Source: Gemmatimonadaceae bacterium
Lineage (GTDB): Bacteria; Gemmatimonadota; Gemmatimonadetes; Gemmatimonadales; Gemmatimonadaceae
DNA length: 64,000 bases
NCBI GenBank assembly: GCA_014377535.1
Contig: JACMPK010000024.1
Location: forward strand, 3,942 to 67,941
Direction: 5' to 3'
Shown here: positions 1-8,399 of the stretch, piece by piece
Layout: every line of letters begins with the position of its first letter
Numbering within the stretch: the first letter of the stretch is position 1
Made by a program: the position numbers and the translations under genes
Notes under the pieces: generated by a model
What the model was told of the DNA's origin: nothing
What the model saw: only the letters and a program-made list of their open reading frames with translations
Databases searched by the model: none

Positions 1-1
1 T

Positions 2-967
2 GAAGGTGGCCGCGAGGGCATGTACGAGTATCTCGTGCCCTCCTGGAAGCGGGACGCACCCGACGCTACCGATCCGATGCCGGCCGCCAACAATGCGCGC
101 GTCGGCAGTACCAGCGGTACCGCACTCCCGGCGCTCGATCGCACACCGAAGTTCTTCATCGGCGGCAAGCAGGCGCGCCCCGACGGCGGCTACACGCTGC
201 CGGTGCGCGGTGCCGACGGCAGCACGATCGGCGAGGTCGGCGACGGCAACCGGAAGGACATCCGCAACGCCGTCAGCGCGGCACTCGCGGCCAAGGGGTG
301 GGCGCGCGCCACGGGCCACAACCGCGCGCAGATCCTGTATTACATCGCCGAGAATCTGTCGGTGCGCGCCAGCGAATTCGCGGGCCGCATCGACGCAATG
401 ATCGGCGGCAGCGGTGGGCAGGTGGAGGTGGAGCGCAGTATCGATCGGCTCTTCACCTACGCCGCATGGGCCGACAAGCACGACGGCGCGGTGCACAGCG
501 TGCCGCTGCGTGGCGTGACGCTCGCCATGAACGAGCCGATCGGCTGCCTCGCCCTGGCCTGTCCCACACCGCACCCGCTGCTCGGCTTCGTGTCACTCGT
601 GGCGCCGGCCATCGCGATGGGCAACACTACGGTCGTCATTCCCAGCGAACGGTATCCGCTCGCTGCAACGGATTTCTATCAGGTGCTCGAGACATCAGAC
701 CTGCCCGATGGTGTGGTGAACATCATCACCGGCGCACGTGACGCACTGGTGAAGACGCTGGCCGAGCACGACGAGGTGGACGGAATCTGGTATTTCGGTC
801 CACGTGCCGGGGCTACCGCAGTGGAACGCGCGTCGGCCGACAACATGAAGCGCACCTGGACCGAATGGACCGCGCGCGATTGGACCAGCGCCGCGCAGGG
901 TGAAGGGCGCGAGTTCCTGCGCCACGCCACGCAGGTGAAGAACATCTGGATTCCGTACGGCGAATAG
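2..967 (+). CDS. aldehyde dehydrogenase family protein, 3' part (5' end lies outside the window)
   Basis: The frame is open from the window edge. It begins EGGREGMYEYL, the conserved C-terminal end of an ALDH fold. A second ALDH-like N-terminal/NAD-binding module follows (KFFIGGK..., MNEPIGCLALACP, VVNIITG). Confidence 0.75.
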   Translation, partial: EGGREGMYEYLVPSWKRDAPDATDPMPAANNARVGSTSGTALPALDRTPKFFIGGKQARPDGGYTLPVRGADGSTIGEVGDGNRKDIRNAVSAALAAKGWARATGHNRAQILYYIAENLSVRASEFAGRIDAMIGGSGGQVEVERSIDRLFTYAAWADKHDGAVHSVPLRGVTLAMNEPIGCLALACPTPHPLLGFVSLVAPAIAMGNTTVVIPSERYPLAATDFYQVLETSDLPDGVVNIITGARDALVKTLAEHDEVDGIWYFGPRAGATAVERASADNMKRTWTEWTARDWTSAAQGEGREFLRHATQVKNIWIPYGE

Positions 968-974
968 CCGGAAC

Positions 975-1565
975 TCAGCGCCTCGCGCCCGTCTCCTGCA
1001 ACCGTCGTTCGGCCACCTGCACGTGATGCCGGTTGTGCAGCAACGTGAACAGCATCATCTCCCGCACCGTCAGCTTGCCCATCAGCGGATGCGGCAGACG
1101 GTGCGCGTCGAGCTGCGTTTCGGTCCAGCGTTCCATTCCCTGCGTGACACCGCGCAGCGTTTCGGAGTGATGATCCATGATCGCGTTCCGACGTGCATCA
1201 TCGCCTGACTCGTGTTCCGGCGATGGGGTGTAGCGTCCAGCGGTTCCGCCCCTGGCCAGGGCCTGCCCGTAACAGCCGGCAATCTGCTCGAAGCTGCGCG
1301 ACGGTGTCGTGGCCGGCCCGAACGCCATTCGCAACGCGACGCGCGGGACCCGCAGCACGGACAACAGCGGCGACATGCTTCGCGTGAGGTGTCGCACATG
1401 TTCTGCCGGCGACCAGTGTGATCCCATCACGGCAAAGAATGAGGTGGTCTCGAATTGCGACCAGTACTCGACCCCGTCCTCGTGCGTCGACTTGAGCGCC
1501 TCGACGATCTCGCGACGGTTCGACAGCGCCCGCATGACAACGGCTTCCTTCACTGCGGTAAGCAT
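975..1565 (-). CDS. DinB family protein
   Basis: 196-aa ORF with a DinB_2-like helical pattern and conserved His clusters (HWSPAEHVRH, LLHNRHHVQ). Confidence 0.75.
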   Translation of the reverse strand: MLTAVKEAVVMRALSNRREIVEALKSTHEDGVEYWSQFETTSFFAVMGSHWSPAEHVRHLTRSMSPLLSVLRVPRVALRMAFGPATTPSRSFEQIAGCYGQALARGGTAGRYTPSPEHESGDDARRNAIMDHHSETLRGVTQGMERWTETQLDAHRLPHPLMGKLTVREMMLFTLLHNRHHVQVAERRLQETGARR

Positions 1566-1752
1566 GGCAACTGGGTGTGACGCGACAGGGCTGGCGTGCA
1601 GGCCTTCAAGCTATCATCGGGAATGGCGCACAGCCTGCAAACTTGCCCAGCGGGGTCATGTGGACCAGCTTTTCTGCGGTTCCGGATCCCGACAGATTCC
1701 CGCTGCCGAGCTGCGTCACTGATCGCACCGGACACACCCTGTTCCGGACGCA

Positions 1753-1797
1753 GTCGTCAATCGTCTTGTCGTCAATCGTCTTGTCCTCGATCGACGC
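1753..1797. repeat. 15-bp tandem direct repeat x3 upstream of the metalloprotease gene
   Basis: GTCGTCAATCGTCTT (1753-1767), an identical copy (1768-1782), and a degenerate third copy GTCCTCGATCGACGC (1783-1797). Confidence 0.7.
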
Positions 1798-1846
1798 GCT
1801 CCTGATTACCGCCGCTCACGCACCACCGCACTAACCGACCTCACGC

Positions 1847-2692
1847 ATGGGTGCTCTCTCGCTTCCACGACTGCTCGGCATCGTCCTGCTGGGACTGGCC
1901 GTGCTCGTGCTGCTCGAGTCGGCGAACCTGCGTCGCCACGGATACGACCTGGACGTGCAGCGCATGGCGGCCGACAGCGTCCAGCATGACGCCGACGCCG
2001 CGCAGCCACTCGCTGCCGACACGCGAGCCGCGTTGGTCGACGCTGCGACGGGCGACTCGATTCAGCGTGCCGACTCGCGCGCCCTGATCAGCTCGCGAAG
2101 CACCGGCACGTTCATCCCCGACATCCTCCTGCTGTCGGACAGCACGCTCCAGCGCTGGCCCGATCGCCGCGCCACACCGCTGCGTGTGTTTCTGAGCGAG
2201 GCAGGCCCGAGTGCGTCCGGCAAGCTGCGCGAGGATTTCCTGCAGGCCGTCCGCGAGGCCTTCACCACATGGGAAGGCGTCGAGCTGCCGATCCGCTTCG
2301 TCTTCGTGGGCGACTCCGCGCTGTCCGATGTCACCGTCTCGTGGGTGACCGATTTCGACGGGGAGCCGGTGCTCGGTCGCACGAAAGTGGTCCGTGACAG
2401 CCGCTACTGGATCATCCGGGCCGACGTGCAGATCGCCACCATGCGGCGCGACGGCACGGCGCAGCTGGATCCCACCGTCGTCCGCGCGCTGGCCATCCAC
2501 GAGATCGGGCATGGCATCGGGCTCGATCATGCGAGCGACACCACCGTGATCATGGCACCGAAGATTCGCGCCCGCGCCCTCACGCTGGGCGACAAAGCCA
2601 CGGCACAGCTGCTCTACAGCGTGCCGCCAGGCTCGGTCCTCACGCGCACACGCGTCGCGCAGCCCGTCGCAGCCACCACCCCGGCGCGCTGA
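1847..2692 (+). CDS. matrixin-like (metzincin, M10-type) zinc metalloprotease
   Basis: N-terminal hydrophobic segment, the extended zinc motif HEIGHGIGLDH, and a downstream Met-turn (VIMAP). Confidence 0.8.
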   Translation: MGALSLPRLLGIVLLGLAVLVLLESANLRRHGYDLDVQRMAADSVQHDADAAQPLAADTRAALVDAATGDSIQRADSRALISSRSTGTFIPDILLLSDSTLQRWPDRRATPLRVFLSEAGPSASGKLREDFLQAVREAFTTWEGVELPIRFVFVGDSALSDVTVSWVTDFDGEPVLGRTKVVRDSRYWIIRADVQIATMRRDGTAQLDPTVVRALAIHEIGHGIGLDHASDTTVIMAPKIRARALTLGDKATAQLLYSVPPGSVLTRTRVAQPVAATTPAR

Positions 2693-2704
2693 CGGCCACC
2701 GTCG

Positions 2705-3928
2705 TCACCACTGCAGCGTGACGGATCGTTCGCGCTGCTTTCGGCTCACGACCAGCGGCACGCGACGCTCGCCACGCGATGCCGCTTGCTGCACCGCCTG
2801 CTGCAGGTCGCGCACGGTCTCCGCAGCGTCGTCGTTGATGCGCATGATCACGTCGCCTCCGCGCAGCCCTGACGACGCGGCCGGCGTTCCCGGCGCGACA
2901 CGCAGCACGAGGATGCCTTCATCCGCGCCGGTCAGCTCTTCCAAATCGGTCGTGACGGTGGTCATGGCCGCGCCCGCGATCGAGTACTCCGATGACAGCC
3001 ATGTCGAGCGCGGAGAGCCACCTGCAGCGGGCGTCGGTGCCCGCATCGACGCCGGTCGCTGCGTCGACGTAATCGTCATGCCCGGCATCCGGTCGATGTC
3101 GATGTTCGGTGCCACACGCGGTGCACCGACCGACACCGAGCAGTCCTCGCTCCAGCAGATGCGCACGTTGCCACCGCGCGAGTCGTAGTAGGTCACGGCC
3201 GGCGACCCGAACGGAAAGCGTTCCGCCTCGACCACCACATTCATCACCCGCTCGCTGCCTCGCCTACGGATGCGCAGCGGCAACCGCTCGCCCGGCCGCA
3301 TCACATCTGCCATCGCGACGGCGCCAGGAAGCGCTTCCCTGCCGAACGCCACGATCGTGTCACCCGCCTCGAGCCCTGCACGCGCGGCCGGACTGCCCGC
3401 GGTGACCGAGGCGATCACCGCGGGCGTCGCGAACACGGTGTACACCGTGCCATCACGCAGCTCGGTGTTCTGTTCGCCCGACAGCGCCACACCGAGATAG
3501 CCACGAGGGCGCGGCCGGGTGCTGAACGTCAGCGCGCGCTGTTGACCGGCCAGTGCGCGCGTCACGTTCGCCATCGCACGTGCACTGGCGATCTGCGCGC
3601 GCAGTTGCGCACGTGCCTCCACATCCACGCTCCGGATCTGCACGCGATCGGCTTCCACCTGCACGCGTGCGATCCCGCCGGCCAGCTCCGCGATCTGCTG
3701 CGACGTGCTGCGCACGATGGAATCGCGCACCCGCGAGTCACTGCGCGCGGCGCGCTCCAGGTCACGCTGCATCCGCGACAGTGCCTTGCCCTGCTGTTTC
3801 AGTGATTCGCGCATCCGCTGCGCGAGTTCGCGCGAACGCGCCTCGGCATCCTGACCATCCTGCGCCCATGCCGTGCCTGCGCAGAGCAGCAGCATGGCCA
3901 GCGTTCCTGCACTTCGTGCGTTCATCAT
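2705..3928 (-). CDS. periplasmic PDZ domain-containing protein (two PDZ-like modules, no protease domain seen)
   Basis: Signal peptide (LLLCAGTAWAQ) and a coiled-coil-like N-region. PDZ-like segments GLEAGDTIVAFG and GLRGGDVIMRIND. Its start overlaps the anti-sigma stop by 1 nt (TGATG). Confidence 0.7.
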   Translation of the reverse strand: MMNARSAGTLAMLLLCAGTAWAQDGQDAEARSRELAQRMRESLKQQGKALSRMQRDLERAARSDSRVRDSIVRSTSQQIAELAGGIARVQVEADRVQIRSVDVEARAQLRAQIASARAMANVTRALAGQQRALTFSTRPRPRGYLGVALSGEQNTELRDGTVYTVFATPAVIASVTAGSPAARAGLEAGDTIVAFGREALPGAVAMADVMRPGERLPLRIRRRGSERVMNVVVEAERFPFGSPAVTYYDSRGGNVRICWSEDCSVSVGAPRVAPNIDIDRMPGMTITSTQRPASMRAPTPAAGGSPRSTWLSSEYSIAGAAMTTVTTDLEELTGADEGILVLRVAPGTPAASSGLRGGDVIMRINDDAAETVRDLQQAVQQAASRGERRVPLVVSRKQRERSVTLQW

Positions 3929-4791
3929 CAGTACTCCAGCACCTGTTGCGACGCCGGCAGCACGGTGGTGAGGCGACGCAGGGTCACCTCGCGCGCGCCC
4001 AGTGTTGCGAGATAGTAGCGATTCATGACCGGATCGTCCGGGGCCTCGTACAGCGCGCGTCGTGCCGTGGCCATCGCAGCATCGAGCACTTCCAGGCGCT
4101 GGCGATAATTCATCGCCGCTGCGGCCGATCCACCGACCTGCCGCGGTGCCAGTGCGCTGTCATGTGCGGCAAGCCACAGCAGCGCACCGCTGTACACCTC
4201 CTCGGCCGAGTTGAGCGTGGCACGCGCATCCTCGGGTGAGCGGAACTGAGGAACGGCCGTGATCGGGGCGGTCGGCACGGCGCGCTGCACCGATGTGATC
4301 ACCGGCGACTGCTCCAGTCCGCCAGGCGCGCCACCTGCGGATGCCCGACCGCCAGCCACACCGATCGTCACCAGCAGCGCTGCGGCCGCTGCCATGCCCA
4401 CCACGCGCATCCACGGCGCAGTGCTCGAACGCCGGGTGATCTGGTGCGCACGCACCGGTTCGCGTGCGGGCGAATATGCTGGGTCACGCCCCACGCTCGC
4501 GGCCGAATCGATCGAGCGAACATGGCCTGCTGTCACGACCGAGTGCGCGACGACAGGTGCAACCGGCGCCATGAGGCCCTCGGCCTGCAGCGCGCCGGCC
4601 AGCTGCTGCCACGAATTGAGCGGTACGATGGGCTGTTCACGTTCCTCGGCCGCGCTCGCCACGATCCGGCGTACAGCCACGAAATCGGCCCGGCAGCGCG
4701 AGCAGAGCTGAAAGTGAGTCATGTCGGCGGTCGTCGCAGGCTCATCCACCAGCGAGGCGATCCGTTCAGGCGAGAGGTGCTGCATATCCAT
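3928..4791 (-). CDS. anti-sigma factor, ZAS-type (HxxxCxxC), single-pass membrane protein
   Basis: H-FQL-C-SR-C motif near the N-terminus and a central TM segment (VVGMAAAAALLVTIGVAGG). It overlaps the 3' end of the ECF sigma gene. Confidence 0.7.
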   Translation of the reverse strand: MDMQHLSPERIASLVDEPATTADMTHFQLCSRCRADFVAVRRIVASAAEEREQPIVPLNSWQQLAGALQAEGLMAPVAPVVAHSVVTAGHVRSIDSAASVGRDPAYSPAREPVRAHQITRRSSTAPWMRVVGMAAAAALLVTIGVAGGRASAGGAPGGLEQSPVITSVQRAVPTAPITAVPQFRSPEDARATLNSAEEVYSGALLWLAAHDSALAPRQVGGSAAAAMNYRQRLEVLDAAMATARRALYEAPDDPVMNRYYLATLGAREVTLRRLTTVLPASQQVLEY

Positions 4792-5344
4792 CTTCCCGAG
4801 TCGATGTAGTCAGGTGGTCCATCAGTGGTGCCAGCAGCCGCCGTAAGCGTGCGCGTGCCTTGAACAACTGCGATTTCGAGCCGCCCGAGGTGATGCCGAG
4901 CTGGCTGGCGATCTCCTCGTGCGTGTAGCCCTCCACGTCGTGGAGCACGAAGACGGTGCGGGCACCTCGCGGCAGCCGATCCAGCGCCTGCGTGATCGAC
5001 TCGCGCACGAAGGGCTGCTCCATGTCGTCCTCGACCATCGCCGTCGCTTCCGTCAACTCCTCGTGCACACCGGTCAGCCGCCGCGCCCGCCGCATGGCAT
5101 TCAGTGTCCGGTTCACGGCAATCCGGTGCGCCCAGGTCGAGAACTGCGAGTCACCGCGAAAGGTTGGCAGCGCGCGGAAAATCTGGATCCACACGTCCTG
5201 CGCGACATCCGCCGCCTCGTCAGGGTCGTGCACGAGGCGCCGCACCACGGCGTCCACCCGTGGTGCATGCTCGGCCCAGAGCGCTCGCATCGCCAGTTCA
5301 TCCCCGGCGACGGCTCGCGCGATCAGCTCCTCATCGGTAGTCAA
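4766..5344 (-). CDS. RNA polymerase ECF-type sigma-70 factor
   Basis: 192 aa with region 2 (DVAQDVWIQIFRALPTFRGDSQFSTWAHRIAVN) and region 4 (VFVLHDVEGYTHEEIASQLGITSGGSKSQLFKAR). Confidence 0.9.
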   Translation of the reverse strand: MTTDEELIARAVAGDELAMRALWAEHAPRVDAVVRRLVHDPDEAADVAQDVWIQIFRALPTFRGDSQFSTWAHRIAVNRTLNAMRRARRLTGVHEELTEATAMVEDDMEQPFVRESITQALDRLPRGARTVFVLHDVEGYTHEEIASQLGITSGGSKSQLFKARARLRRLLAPLMDHLTTSTREDGYAAPLA

Positions 5345-5611
5345 CGGCGCGGTACGGTCGGACGGTGGGGCGGGCTTCCAGCGCCGAAGCGTGGGTGACG
5401 ACGTTCCTGATCATGCTGACACGGAACCCACGGCGAGGGTTTACCGGCGACGATCCGACGGCGCCGATTGTCAGCGCGGCCGAGGAAGCGCGGTGGCTGA
5501 CGCATTCGCGCACAACGGCAGCTGAACCAGCGTGGATTCAGGCCCGCGCGGCGCCGCGACGTTGGCAGGCAACTTCACGTGAGACGGCGCAAACCTCTGT
5601 GACGGTTACAC

Positions 5612-5640
5612 TTGACGCACCAGCAACCTACCCGTACCAT
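5612..5640 (+). promoter_or_regulatory. candidate sigma-70 promoter (TTGACG-N17-TACCAT) upstream of the serine hydrolase gene
   Basis: TTGACG at 5612-5617, a 17-nt spacer, and TACCAT at 5635-5640. It lies about 100 nt upstream of the 5743 start. Sequence match only. Confidence 0.3.
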
Positions 5641-5742
5641 GCAGATACGGCTCAGGCGGAACGTTCCGCGAGGAGCGTCGTCTCATATGTGATCAAGCGC
5701 ACCGGCCGTCAGATCATTCGCTGACCTGCCGATGCTCTTGGT

Positions 5743-7338
5743 TTGTACCGTCGCTCGTCCTGCCGCCGCACGATTCCCGGAGTGCACGTGATCGTCAAGG
5801 TCGCAACTGCAATCACGCTCGGTCTCGCTTCGCTGCCCACGAGCAATGTGGCAGTGCGCGGCGACGGCTTGCCCAAGGCGCGGCCGGAAGCCGTCGCGAT
5901 GAGCGCGCTGCGTCTCGACGCCATCACGCGCGTCGTACGGCGCGGTATTGCGGAAGGTGGATTTCCCGGTGCAGCCGTCGTCGTCGGTCGACGCGGCTCA
6001 GCGGTCTACTCGCAGGGTTTCGGCAAGCTGTCATGGGGCGCCAACGCTCCCTTGGTCTCGCCCGATCGTTCTGTTTATGATCTCGCCAGTCTCACGAAAG
6101 TCATCGGCACGACCACTGCGATCATGCTTCTCTACGACGAGGGCCGGATCAAGCTCGACGATCGTGTCAGCACGTTTTTCCCCGAATTCACGGGCGGCCT
6201 GAAGGATCAGGTCACGATTCGTGATCTGCTCACGCACCGCAGCGGCCTGCCCGCCGGACGCGACCTCTGGCGTCTGGCCTGGTCGCCCGCCGACGCGCAG
6301 CGCATGGTGCTCGGCACGCCGCTGGAGTACGCCCCGGGCTCTCATTACGTCTACTCGGATCTCGGCGCCGACATTCTTGGCTTCGTCGCTGAGCGCGTCA
6401 GCGGTCGCAAGTTGGATGCTCTGCTGCAGGAGCGGGTCTTCACGCCGCTCGGCATGACCGAGACCTGGTACCGTGTGCCTGCAAACGTGCGCGAGCGCAC
6501 CGCGCCAACAGCCACCATGTCGGTGCGCGGTTACTCGCTGCAGGGCGACGTGCACGACGAGAATGCGCACGCGCTGGGCGGCGTCGCGGGACACGCCGGC
6601 CTGTTCAGCACGGCCGGCGACCTGTCCGTCTTCGCCACGATGATGCTCAACAAGGGCACCTACCTGGGCACGCGCATCATCAGCGACAGCACAGTCGAGC
6701 GGTTCACCGCCCGCGCAGCTGGCTCGCGCGCGCTGGGTTGGGACACCTGCGCGGGCCACAATGGCGTGGGCTGCGGCCGCTTCATGTCAGGGCGCGCCTA
6801 CGGGCACACCGGCTTCACGGGCACCTCGATCTGGATCGACCCCGAACGCGACATGTTCGTCGTGCTGCTCACGAACCGCGTGTTCGAGTCACGCGCGCGC
6901 CGGCCCGAGCGCGTGATCTCGGACGTTCGCGCCGACCTGGCTGACGCGTCGGCATGGGCCGTCACGGAGCCGGGGCTCGCCGTCGACGTGGACGGTGATC
7001 CTGCGTTCCGCGCCGACTACGCCACCGGTTGGAATCCGGCACCGGAGCCCCGCTACCGCCCGACCTCGGGCTGCACGGTGAGTCGCGGCCGCGCGCTGGC
7101 ACGGAAGTCGGCAGGCCGCAGCGCGCGCAGCAAGCGCGCCGCCTGCAGCGCGTCGAAAGGCAGGGCCAGCGCTCGCGCGACCGCGGCGCGTCGCGATCGC
7201 ATATCGTCGGCCAGTGCGCGACGAAGCGCATCGAGCCGCCGAGGCACCGCGTCAGCCCGAAAGAGCACCGCCTCGGCAAACCGCGGTAAAGCCGCTCGCT
7301 CCAAGGCGACGACGGCCGCAAGGAAAAAGCGCCGCTGA
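5743..7338 (+). CDS. serine hydrolase (beta-lactamase / PBP4-type fold) with an Arg/Ser/Ala-rich C-terminal tail
   Basis: SxxK motif (ASLTKVIG), beta-lactamase-family conservation to about residue 410, then a low-complexity basic tail of about 110 aa. The start could instead be GTG 5788. Confidence 0.75.
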   Translation: MYRRSSCRRTIPGVHVIVKVATAITLGLASLPTSNVAVRGDGLPKARPEAVAMSALRLDAITRVVRRGIAEGGFPGAAVVVGRRGSAVYSQGFGKLSWGANAPLVSPDRSVYDLASLTKVIGTTTAIMLLYDEGRIKLDDRVSTFFPEFTGGLKDQVTIRDLLTHRSGLPAGRDLWRLAWSPADAQRMVLGTPLEYAPGSHYVYSDLGADILGFVAERVSGRKLDALLQERVFTPLGMTETWYRVPANVRERTAPTATMSVRGYSLQGDVHDENAHALGGVAGHAGLFSTAGDLSVFATMMLNKGTYLGTRIISDSTVERFTARAAGSRALGWDTCAGHNGVGCGRFMSGRAYGHTGFTGTSIWIDPERDMFVVLLTNRVFESRARRPERVISDVRADLADASAWAVTEPGLAVDVDGDPAFRADYATGWNPAPEPRYRPTSGCTVSRGRALARKSAGRSARSKRAACSASKGRASARATAARRDRISSASARRSASSRRGTASARKSTASANRGKAARSKATTAARKKRR

Positions 7339-7393
7339 CCGCTCTGCAGCGTCGGCCGAACCAGACGCACGCCAGACCAAATCGTACATCGTG

Positions 7394-7428
7394 CTGCCGC
7401 CACTGTTTTGGGCGGCAGTGTCGTTTTC
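7394..7428 (+). terminator. intrinsic terminator-like hairpin downstream of the hydrolase gene
   Basis: Stem CTGCCGCC (7394-7401) / GGCGGCAG (7411-7418), followed by TGTCGTTTTC. Confidence 0.55.
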
Positions 7429-7468
7429 AGGCCACGCGACTTGCGCGCGTCCCTGGACGCGTAGATTA

Positions 7469-7870
7469 ATGCTGATGGAAACGCCCCAGCATCTTCCGAT
7501 CGCCACTCCCCAGGCACCCGCACCCACAGTGACGGTCGCCGAGTCGCCAGTTGTGGAAACGACATCCGCGAGTGGCGTCACGCTGGATCAGGCGAAGCTC
7601 GTGCTGCGGCGCGTGAAGGATCCGGAACTGAACCTGAACATCGTGGACCTCGGATTGATCTACGACATCCAGGTCAACGGCTCCGACATCAACGTCGACA
7701 TGTCGCTCACGTCGCCCGGCTGTCCGTCCGGCCCCGAGATCATGGGTGAGGCGGAGAAAGAGCTGCGGACCGTGCCCGGCGTCGGCGAAGTCAAGATCAA
7801 CCTGATCTGGTCACCGCCATGGACGCCCGACCGGATCGAGCCACGCGTTCGTACCTACCTCGGCTTTTGA
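7469..7870 (+). CDS. DUF59 (MIP18/SufT-like) Fe-S cluster assembly protein
   Basis: VKDPELNLNIVDLGLIYDI...SLTSPGCPSGPEI...IWSPPWTPDRI is the typical DUF59 pattern. Start chosen at internal ATG 7469; the upstream part of the ORF looks non-coding. Confidence 0.85.
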   Translation: MLMETPQHLPIATPQAPAPTVTVAESPVVETTSASGVTLDQAKLVLRRVKDPELNLNIVDLGLIYDIQVNGSDINVDMSLTSPGCPSGPEIMGEAEKELRTVPGVGEVKINLIWSPPWTPDRIEPRVRTYLGF

Positions 7871-8394
7871 TGATAGGGCGCGCCTGCTGCGCGCTCGGGC
7901 TGACTGCCACGCTGACCGCCTGCGGTCCCGCCGACCGGGAAAACAAACTTGCGCCACGCGACAGCGCCGGTGTCGTCAGAGCCGGAACTGGCCCCGGCCC
8001 GGCACTGCTGCCCGCCTGTCCCGGCACCGGACACTGGGAACCGTGCACAGTCTTCGATCGACTGGAGCGTGCCGGTCTCGCACCGCAGCGGGGCGACTCG
8101 CTGCGACTGGCCTTTCTCACGGTCGACGGAGAGACCTGGCGTCTCGGTGCCGCCACCATTCACGTTTTTCGCTATCGTGACAGTCTCGCGCGCCACGGCG
8201 ACTTCGCGGCGCTCGACAGTCTGCATGCTCGACCGACCGGCGACACCGTCACATCCTGGCCGAGCACACCGACCGTTCTCGTGAACGACAACCTGCTCGC
8301 CATCCTGCTCAGCGAAAACGAGGAGCAGGTGGAGCGTGTGACCCTTGCACTGACCGCGGGTCCGCCACCGAAGGCGCCCGCCGCACCGAAGTGA
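7870..8394 (+). CDS. hypothetical lipoprotein
   Basis: Lipobox-like N-terminus (MIGRACCALGLTATLTAC). The ATG overlaps the DUF59 stop (TGATG). Confidence 0.5.
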   Translation: MIGRACCALGLTATLTACGPADRENKLAPRDSAGVVRAGTGPGPALLPACPGTGHWEPCTVFDRLERAGLAPQRGDSLRLAFLTVDGETWRLGAATIHVFRYRDSLARHGDFAALDSLHARPTGDTVTSWPSTPTVLVNDNLLAILLSENEEQVERVTLALTAGPPPKAPAAPK

Positions 8395-8399
8395 TCGCC

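Noticed and set aside
7053-7565. 170-aa minus-strand ORF overlapping the hydrolase tail, a terminator hairpin and the DUF59 start.
   Set aside because: As drawn it runs through a plus-strand terminator and into another gene's start region, so the full ORF is not credible. A shorter internal version cannot be excluded and is discussed in the findings.
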